NCBI RefSeq assembly: GCF_006345805.1
Contig: NW_021831858.1
Location: forward strand, 1-63,286
Source of the DNA: Octopus sinensis
Taxonomy: Eukaryota
Length of the DNA: 63,286 nt
Reading direction: 5' to 3'
Shown here: positions 52,767-63,286 of the stretch, piece after piece
Position numbering within the stretch: position 1 is the first letter of the stretch
Layout: each line of letters opens with the position of its first letter
The notes under the pieces: model-generated
Seen by the model: only the letters and a program-made list of their open reading frames with translations
Told to the model about the DNA's origin: nothing
The model's database searches: none
Made by a program: the position numbers and the translations under genes

Positions 52767-53080
52767 GAAGGCGTTGAGCTGTCAGAATCGTTAGCACGCC
52801 GGGTGAAATGCTGAACGCTATTTCGTCCGTTTTAACGCTCTGAGTTCAAATTCCGCCAAGGTCGACTTTGCCGTTCATCCTTTCGAGGTCGATAAGTACC
52901 AGTGAAACACTGGGGTCGATGTCATTTACATATCCTCTCTCCCCAAATTGCTGCCGTTGTGGAAAAATTCGAAACCATTATTATTTTTTTTTATCATTAT
53001 TTTTTATTATTATTACATATCCTCTCTCCCCAAATTGCTGCCGTTGTGGAAAAATTCGAAACCATTATTTTTTTTTATCA
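52767..53080 (+). mobile_element. Family A SINE with its 3' tail tandemly duplicated (87-bp period)
   Basis: TTACATATCCTCTCTCCCCAAATTGCTGCCGTTGTGGAAAAATTCGAAACCATTATT at 52926 and 53013. Confidence 0.85.
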
Positions 53081-53091
53081 TTATTTTATTA

Positions 53092-53136
<45 letters not shown>

Positions 53137-53169
53137 TATTATTATTATTATATTATTATTATTATTATT

Positions 53170-54293
53170 CATATACACTCAACAGATTAGACAGTTGGAA
53201 AAGAAAAGAATCTTCACATCGGGCTACATCAAGTAGCCTTAGCTGCCAAGAACTCTCCCGTTGGGCTACAGCAAGTAACCTTAGATGCCAAGAAACTTCC
53301 TTAGTATCCTAGTTGTCCCTAATAACACTGACTATTATTGTACACTTAGGAATTCCAAATTCTATGTCTATATTTTTGCTGAAGTGTCTTACAGTCTGTA
53401 TTAAGAAATCTATCTCTTTTCTCTTTTTCATTCTTACTAAAACGTTTCAGATAATCCACGTAGAGTAATTGGTTAATTTTTCCGTTACTATTTCTAAACT
53501 GATATCCTGCCTTTGCCTTCCTTAATACGAAACTGGGGATTATCAAACAAAGGACAAATATTAAAGGGGACAACAAGAACCCTGGAAAATTCCTCTTTTG
53601 ATATTAACTTTCCCCATGAGTGTGTCACCTGAGTATAGATCTACTTACCATTTCTTCATGCTAGAGCTAATTAATTCTCTTATGTTGTCTGCTATACTGA
53701 ATATACTCAAACATTCTCTTATCCATGGGTGTGGGATCATGTCATAGGCTTTCCTATAGTCTATCCAGCCTATTGCTAATTTTTTTCTTTCTAGCTTTTA
53801 CTTCATTTGGAACTGCTTTGTCTATACATATAATATATCATGCGTTCCTCTAGCCTTCTTCCTGCAACCTTTCTGTTCTTCTGGTAGTAATTTCTGGTTG
53901 TCAAGCTGCTCGTAAATGCTTTCTGAGAGCATTCCTGTTAACAGCTTCCACACTAATGGTAAGCAAGTGGTTAGTCTATAGTTGATAGCTGTATTACCCT
54001 TGTTCTTATCCTTCATAATGAGTATTGTCCTCCTTCTAATCAGCCAATGTGGTATTTTTCCTCCATTAAGGCAATACTGAAGTTGTTCCCTCAGCTTCCC
54101 ATGTAAACTACTAGATTTAATCCTTGAACTAAATCTGGTCTTGGGCCTTTCCAATTCGGTATTTTTCCTAGCACTTTACTCATTAATGCACTAGTTAATC
54201 TTAGATCTTGTTGCTTCTCATTCACTACTTCTTCCCTCACTTTCTTTAACCATACTGCATCTCCATTATGTTTGAGTGGTTTATTATTACATA
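53170..54293 (-). pseudogene. R4/Dong-type LINE, 5'-truncated and internally deleted; RT plus extreme C-terminus and (AAT)n tail
   Basis: HNGDAVWLKKV, IPNWKGPRPD, NYRLTTCLPLVWKLLT, LPEEQKGCRK, YRKAYDM.PH, INQLLYVDYLK, FGIPK, SVLLGTTRILRKFLGI*; 42-bp duplication at the 3' end. Confidence 0.9.
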
Positions 54294-54363
54294 ATACATA
54301 CATACATACATACATACATACATACATACATACATACATACATACATACATACATACATACAT

Positions 54364-54805
54364 GTACAAGTGAAGACCTCAATAAAATTTAAGAACAACA
54401 GACCTGATATAATGATTTGGGATAGAGAAGAGAAACTGTGCAAATCTGTGGAAATTAGCTGCCCAGCGGATGTTAACATAAAGCTGAAGATCAGTGAAAA
54501 AGAAAACACCTATGCTGAACTATTGAGAAAGCTACAGTTACTCTATCCAGAATACAAGTTCAGGTTTATACCTGTAATTCTTGGGGCCCTGGAATATGTA
54601 ACACACTGCCTAAATACCAATCTTGAGAAATTAGGCTTCTCAAAACCAGAAAGGAGAAAGCTAATTCGAAGACTACAGATCCAATCCATCACTGGAACTG
54701 TAAAAAATCTGTAAAACTTTTCAGAAGTTTATCATATATGAGTATGTCTAGATATGCAAGTATAGGCATGAGAATACAGACCTAAAACATACAAATCTGC
54801 ACATA
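54364..54805 (+). mobile_element. 3' end of an RLE-type LINE: restriction-like endonuclease domain plus 3' UTR, inside (CATA)n
   Basis: NNRPDIMIWDREEKLCKSVEISCP...K...YAEL...IPVILGAL (PD-(D/E)xK-type RLE motif); (CATA)n at 54294-54363 and 54806-54910. Confidence 0.88.
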
Positions 54806-54806
54806 C

Positions 54807-54837
<31 letters not shown>

Positions 54838-54910
54838 CATACATACATACAAGCATACATACATACATACATACATACATACATACATACATACATACAT
54901 ACATACATAC

Positions 54911-55023
54911 AAATAAAATACCCTGTTGTTGATGTTGAAATTCCTATGAAGGAAGCTTGGATCTTGGTTAGAAACCGGTTCTTTCTCTATTGGCAAGAAA
55001 TCTTGAAATAAACTGAATAATGA
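54911..55023 (+). mobile_element. Approx. 112-bp (CATA)n-embedded element; diverged relative at about 55275-55382
   Basis: Matches 31033-31147; ends AATAAACTGAATAATGA(CATA)n. Confidence 0.75.
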
Positions 55024-56708
55024 CATACATACATACATACATGCATACATACATACACACATACATAAATACATACATACTTCTATATCCGGATTACAAA
55101 TTTACATTTATATCAATAATAATTGAAGCACTTGGTTTTGTAAATACCTAACTGTCAGTCTGGACAAGTTTGGATTTCCTTAAAAATAAATCAACCAACT
55201 GATTCGCACATTACAAATACTATCTATAAGTGGAACAGTAAAGCTATGCAAGATTTTTCTCAGATTTAAAATGTGAAATTCTTTCGTTATCTACATTCCA
55301 AAGATGGAACTGTGTATCTTTGTTAGAAACTAGCTCCTTCTTCAGAGGAAGAATTGAAATGATTAAAAACAGAAGGGAGAGACATACATACATACACACA
55401 TACATACATACATACATACATACATACATACATACATACATACATACATACATACATACATGCATAAAGTGTACTTGCTGCTAAGGACGTATTAAACTTT
55501 TATCAGGTACTACTCCATATATAAATGAAAATGTCATCGTCGTTTTTTTTTTTCAGTCAAAATTTGTTATGCCTTTTTTCTATTTCAGAATATTGAATTT
55601 TTACGATGAACAAAGTTTGTATATTGTCTACTTCATATTTTTTTTTTAAGAACTAACTTATCGTACGGTTACAATTCCGATGATTGATCAGTTTATAATA
55701 TTTCCAAAACAATTTTCCTGCAGTCACTAGACATTTTAGAGCAATAATGTTATTGTTCATTTTTGGCGAAAAATGTGTTATCTAATGAGTGTGGCGACAC
55801 TGGTATGATAATTCCATTCTTGATGTCGTTGCTAAGTCTTGTTGTTGTTGTTTAGTCTCAGATCAGCGCTGTTCAAGCGGACCTATAATCCAAAGTATTT
55901 TAGACATCCCCGGCTTGCCTTTCCCTCACGGGGGCGTAGCACAATGTTATCTAATCTGTCCTGCCCTTACATAAGAAGATATAATTATTTAAAGGATATT
56001 TTGTCGCTCTTTCTAACAAACCAAGCGGTCATGTGAAGGATTATTGTGATAGCTCGCTAATTTCCATGTTCTAACCGATGTTGGGTTTGTTATATCTTAT
56101 ATGCTAACCTCCATACTGTTATAGTTCTGGCTGTGATTTCTGTTGGCATTGTTCTTATGTCTGTTTTATACAAAGACAAAAATCAAGAAAACCTATGATG
56201 AAAAGCGTTCCTCCCATGACTATCAGCTCTCTTGGAATGTCTACATCTTCATTACCCAATATCTTTTTACCATTTTCTTAAACGACAGGTTTTAATTTGG
56301 CAGAGATTTGGTTGATATGTCTAGCAAATATAGCGACTATGTAGAGGCGTTCCCATTGACTCATTGGTGTTCCTGTGGTTGTCGATGTTGATTGTGCTAC
56401 GTTTTACTATTTTTCCCTTCTATTTTATTTATATTATTTTTTTATTCTACCTATCGAAGTCACAACAGCATATATATATATCAACTATTTATTCCATCCA
56501 TTCAACCATCACGTATCCGTACTCCAAATCCTGCGATACAACCTTGACAATAATGTTTAGATGTTAGCATATTATTTTATTTCTTTTTTCCCATATATAT
56601 TTCTTCTCTTTTTCTTCTATACAAACTAACGAAACGATTTCTTCACATTTATATATATATTTTTTTTTGTTGTTTAGTGTTATGTTTTGTTTTTTTTTTG
56701 ACGAACAG

Positions 56709-56752
56709 CGCCAGTAACAACAGGCATAAGTACAAAAACAAGCAGAATATAA
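56709..56752 (+). CDS. Candidate terminal exon ([14 protein letters not shown] in phase 1) followed by a 3' UTR-like region
   Basis: CTAAC near 56626, long U tract, ACAG acceptor; A-rich unique sequence downstream; AATAAA at 57361 and 58182. Confidence 0.38.
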
Positions 56753-56939
56753 GCAAATAGCCAACATACTAACGACACGTTTACGTATTGGAGAAACAGA
56801 ATTATATTTTCGAATAATATTGAAAACGAGAAAATCAACAACAGCAAGAGTAACAGTTACAACAACACAAACAACGAAAGAAAATCGAAAGACACAACAG
56901 CGTGCACTGCATTCAATCAACAGTCATACATATACATAC

Positions 56940-56992
<53 letters not shown>

Positions 56993-56997
56993 TTATT

Positions 56998-57054
<57 letters not shown>

Positions 57055-57060
57055 CATACA

Positions 57061-57138
<78 letters not shown>

Positions 57139-57189
57139 GTCAGACATAGAATATATATATATTTATTTATATAATATAATATATATATA

Positions 57190-57230
<41 letters not shown>

Positions 57231-57260
57231 TTATATATATATTATATATATTTATTTATA

Positions 57261-57307
<47 letters not shown>

Positions 57308-58051
57308 GTCAGACATAGAATACATGTACATACATAGAATGTTTGTTGTGCTTCTCAATGAATAAAAAAAAAAGCATGGTGAGAAAGAAAAAAATTAATC
57401 ACACTTCCCAGTATACAATATAAAGAAGACACAGCGTGAAGGACATACGCATATAAATTCATATCTACCTATCAATATGTCTATCTTTCTCTCATTCTCT
57501 TTCAATATGTGCATGTGTATGTGTGTATGCGTGTTCGTATGCATGCATGTAAGTGCGTATTTCGCGCATAAATGTAAGGCTAAAAGCTGGTCTCTATCAC
57601 ATAGCGAGTTGATGTCGGATTCAACATTGTTGATTTGATCATAACAGGAAATTATTAGGCCAAGAGTTTCAAGCAATCTAATAATACGACCAAAAAAAAA
57701 AAATACAACCCAAAAATTGCATTTTATGAAAAGGGTTGCTGTATTTTAAGGTAACGAGTCAACATTTAACACAACATAAGCCACAACACGAAAATACCTC
57801 TTAGCCGCTGACAAGCGAGTATTACTGTTATTTCCTATTGAAACGTTGTAGATATACCTACATGAATATATATGTATATATGAATACACGCATATATACA
57901 GGCATATTGATAGATAGAAACAAATTTATATGTATGTATATTATTTCGTGTTTCTTCTGTTGCTTATTTTTGTAATGTCTAGATTTTGATACAATTTAGG
58001 AGTATTTGTTACGTAACGTTCTAAACTGTTGGTGTTTTGTCTTTTACGTGC

Positions 58052-58087
<36 letters not shown>

Positions 58088-58181
58088 GTAGATTCTCTGT
58101 TGTCGTTTAAGAACATTCATGAGCCACCCAGCACGAGAATGTAGTTATCTTGGTGCAACACGCGATAATTAAATGGTGTTG

Positions 58182-58187
58182 AATAAA
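58182..58187 (+). promoter_or_regulatory. Candidate polyadenylation signal
   Basis: AATAAA followed about 10 nt later by a (GT)n tract, at the end of a unique UTR-like region. Confidence 0.3.
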
Positions 58188-58194
58188 TCTGTAC

Positions 58195-58233
<39 letters not shown>

Positions 58234-58254
58234 CGAGGAAGCGCAGAAATGTTA

Positions 58255-58418
58255 TTGGTTTTAAAGGCATCGCGGAAAGCCTGGTTGGAGGCCCAGCATT
58301 CCGAGTTCTTTTACAGGGCTTAGTAAATCTGAGGGAACGCTGCAGAAAGTGTATGAATCTATAACGGGACCATGTTGAATGCCCAAACCCAGGACCATTT
58401 CAGCATACTTAATCCGTA
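58255..58418 (+). mobile_element. Mariner-like MITE, decayed and internally deleted
   Basis: ATCGCGGAAAGCCTGGTTGGAGGCCCAGCATTCCGAGTTCTTTTACAGG aligns with 23370-23420. Confidence 0.65.
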
Positions 58419-59055
58419 TGTATGTATGTATGTAGAAATTATATACATGCATATATGCATGTTGTAAGTACAGTGTAGCTGAATAGTTAAAAATTTCCTA
58501 GAATATCCGGTAACTTGAGTAGATGAAAACTATATAGCAGTATGCCGGGTAGATATTACCTATTGTCTAACGGTCCAACCTTATGACAAAGACTCAAGAA
58601 TTTGAACGTATAACAGAAGAGGAGGTTGTGAAATACTTCCCGATATTTCTTTGACATGACAATCAAAATAATCAACGATTTTCTTTTTTTTTTTTTACTC
58701 AGGCTGAAATTTCGAGCCTTGTGCCTAGAGCAGAAAAGAATATTTTGTTGACTTCTTAAGAATGAAATACAAACCTAACATCAACAGTATGTGAACTAAA
58801 ACCGTAAATAGCCGTCATAAATATCGCCAATACATTGTCATTAATGTAATTAATTAATCAAGTAATTAATTTATTGATTGGTTGGTTGTTTCTTTCTAAT
58901 TTTGGCACAAGGTCACTAATTTGGATAGGCAGTGGAAGTCGATTACATTGACCAGAGTACTTGAATGATATTGATCTTACTGACCACGAAGTGACGAAAG
59001 GCAACACCGACCCCGGAGGAATTAAATAATTGCTCAATTATTTAATAATAATAAT

Positions 59056-59134
<79 letters not shown>

Positions 59135-59444
59135 CAAAATTTGCAAATAATAAATGACATTACTTGATTGTATATCGGCACTTGTGTTTGCACTATGTTA
59201 AGGAACTGAGCTTCTGTTCTTTGACCCGGAAAATAGCGCACGTGCTAGTTTGGAGAACGTCCAAGGATATCCGAGTGTGTCCTTTGCTTCGTTTAATTGA
59301 GTTCAGTTAATAGGTGAACGAGTTAGTTTCTAACTAACGAGAAAAAGGCATTATTAGTGCTTGGCATTCGTGGCTATAATAATTCTAGTTTGCCCCACTG
59401 AATTCGATTCTTGGCCGGGATATTTCGTTAAGATTCTGTATAAG

Positions 59445-59730
59445 GTGCGAGCACACCTGTGTAGGTAAGAAGTTCATTTGGCAACCATGGGATTTGGGGT
59501 TCAATCCGCTGCACTGCACCTAGGGCAAGTGTCTTTTACTATAGCCCCCGCACCGAATACTACCTTGTGAGGGATTGGTGGTTAATGGAAACTGAATGAA
59601 AACTCATCGTGCGTGTGTGTGTTTGTGTGTGTGGCTGTGTGTGTGTTGGTGTGTGTGTGTGTATGTGTTTGTGTGTGTGTGTGTTGGTGGTGGTGGTGTG
59701 TGTGTGTGTGTATGCGTAGACAACCACTGT
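59445..59730 (+). mobile_element. Family B SINE, decayed
   Basis: GGGGTTCAATCC, GCACCTTAGGGCAAGTGTCTTTTACTATAGCC. Confidence 0.75.
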
Positions 59731-60256
59731 TGTTTGAGAACCGCTGAAATGTAGATATAGAAAGAGTACTGGTCCATTGCTTCTAGCTGTGTAAAATATA
59801 CAGAAGATAGTGTGGACCTGGATGTACTACGTCTAAGCATAAATCATGATGGCCACGTGTGGAACACCTTTCATCATAGATCTACACAATCAAGTTTGTT
59901 CTGAAGCTAAGAAATTAGTCAGTCACAGAAGGAACCTGTATGTATATATTCACCTAGAAATTTTCAGCAAAATTTTCTCAGCTTACAGCTGAACATATTA
60001 GACTACTGTACTAAATACAATGGATAATGTAATTCGAAATATGTGATTATAACAATGGTGTGGAAGGGTGGACACGGCTGGAGGAGTTTGGGTCATGGCA
60101 GAACAGAGATAATATCAATAATAACAGCAGAGGCGATCTAGAACAAAATGATGTTCTAAGCTGCACCAAATGTAAATCACACACATATAGTGTTATACAT
60201 AAATATATACATATACATATATATATATATTATTATATATATATATATATATATAT

Positions 60257-60385
60257 CCGACGAAGAGCTCCGCCCGAAACGTTAAACCTTCCTTCTTTCC
60301 TGACCGTCCAATAATACTATATTTGTTACACGTCCTCGCGTGTTGTGTTTTTTTGCGCTTTCTTGTTTGGATTAACTTTAACTAA
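60257..60385 (+). mobile_element. Penelope-like terminal fragment beginning at a hammerhead-like core, inside (TA)n
   Basis: CCGACGA-A-GAG-CUCCG-CCC-GAAAC-GUU (U4C change, one stem II mismatch). Confidence 0.6.
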
Positions 60386-60423
60386 CTATATATATATATT
60401 CATATATATATATATATTATATA

Positions 60424-60458
<35 letters not shown>

Positions 60459-60621
60459 AATAAATGAATAAATAATCGAAAATATTTACATACATTTTTA
60501 TTATTAATTATTATCATTTGTAAAATGATGATAATATAGGTGGCATCAAGCAAAAGGTGATAAAGGACAAATCCAAAATTTGTTAATTTATAATTATAAT
60601 AGGTCAAATGCGGTGCATATA

Positions 60622-60661
<40 letters not shown>

Positions 60662-60697
60662 TATATATATATCTATATATATATATATATATAAATC

Positions 60698-61928
<1,231 letters not shown>

Positions 61929-62175
61929 TATATTAATTAGAGATAAAACCACTATTAGGCAAATCAAACAATGAAAAACATAAGCCAATCATAAAATTAA
62001 TTAATATATTTATTTTAAATATATATCAAAGTATTAAAAGTTTAATAAAAGATAAAGAGTAAAACACTACGATCGTTTCATGGCTGTACAATTCGTAATA
62101 TTTCGAGTTATGGTTACAGTCAATCTTCAGGTAATTGAAATATTTATCTTAGCGAGGTTTGCTAAGTATCTTGCT

Positions 62176-62266
62176 TAAAAACAGAAAACACAGGCGGTCC
62201 GCGAATCGAACTCAAAACACCGCGATTGTAAGCCTGATGCTCTAACCACTGAGCCATGCACCTTCA
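62176..62266 (-). mobile_element. tRNA-like SINE head
   Basis: Minus strand GGTGCATGGCTCAGTGGTTAGAGC...GAGTTCGATTC (A and B boxes); no tRNA cloverleaf closes. Confidence 0.7.
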
Positions 62267-62285
62267 CACACATGCACACACACAG

Positions 62286-62540
<255 letters not shown>

Positions 62541-63107
62541 GACACACACACATGGCAGACATTAATCACTTAGATGAATTTAAAAAAAGAAAGCTATGAA
62601 AGCAACTCAATACTTTAATTCATTTATGAAATAAACATACAAAATATAATTAAATTAAATGTTTAGATCTTAATGTCTGTGTTACAAAGTAAGAAATATA
62701 CAGAACGACATCAGTGCATAATGTCAGCGTGTATGTGATATTAAATAAGTAGAACGAATGTAGAGAAAAATATGATATCAATCATTGAGTCTCTATTTGG
62801 GAACACAAATTGAATTAGTCTCCAGGACTATGTTTTACAAGAAAGAAATAACCAATGCAATTAAACAATAATCATTCGATAATAATCAAGTGTAGAGAGC
62901 AGGCAAAGTCGTTGATGACTCGAACAAAATGTCAGATAGAATGTAGGACAGAATCTCGTGATAAAAGCTGTGATTTCAAATCCGGCCGAGATAAACTTTG
63001 ACTTTCAGTCATCAGTCTAATGAGAGATAGTAAATCGAAATTTCGAAGTCAATATCAACCATTACTTTGTAAAAGTTAATAAATATGCTCAGGTGGAAGA
63101 GTGACAT

Positions 63108-63272
63108 AGGCGCGGGAGTGGCTGTGTGGTAAGAATCTTGTATACCAACCACATGGTTCCCGGTTCAGTCCCGTTGCGTGGAACTTTGGGCAAGTGTCTT
63201 TTACTATAGCCTCGGGCCGACCAAAGCCTTCTGAGTGGATTTGGTAGACAGAATCTGAAAGAAGCCTGTCGT
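63108..63272 (+). mobile_element. Family B SINE, 5' half
   Basis: AGGCGCGGGAGTGGCTGTGTGGTAAG...GGTTCAGTCCC...TTGGGCAAGTGTCTTTTACTATAGCCTCGGGCCGACCAAAGCC. Confidence 0.88.
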
Positions 63273-63286
63273 CATGTAACCACATG

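Noticed and set aside
62176-62266. Possible tRNA genes here and at 1741, 7714 and 31563
   Set aside because: A and B boxes are present but no acceptor stem or cloverleaf closes; these are SINE heads.

Overview
AT-rich, repeat-dominated animal DNA, most likely from an octopus. This is inferred from the huge (TA)n/(GATA)n/(CATA)n/(ATT)n load and from SINE families resembling those I recall from Octopus. No complete protein-coding gene can be read, and almost all ORFs in the supplied track are microsatellite translations. The window contains more than 30 tRNA-derived SINE copies of three families and four R4/Dong-type (RLE) LINE fragments. It also has a mariner with TIRs, mariner-like MITEs, a hAT-like transposase remnant, a small Helitron with both termini, and several Penelope-like 3' ends carrying minimal hammerhead-ribozyme cores. 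Weak splice-signal evidence suggests these lie in introns of a + strand gene with a 24-nt microexon and alternative last exons (38327, 44132, 56709); the gene is not identified. Four observations stand out. (1) A tRNA-headed element whose tail carries a hammerhead motif and is duplicated in inverted orientation (1655-2130). (2) A SINE that multimerises in exact 184-bp units with a fixed junction. (3) Several fixed-length elements that each sit in their own microsatellite class. (4) A near-perfect 31-bp hairpin at 38966-39030. Family names come from memory and need a Repbase/Dfam check.
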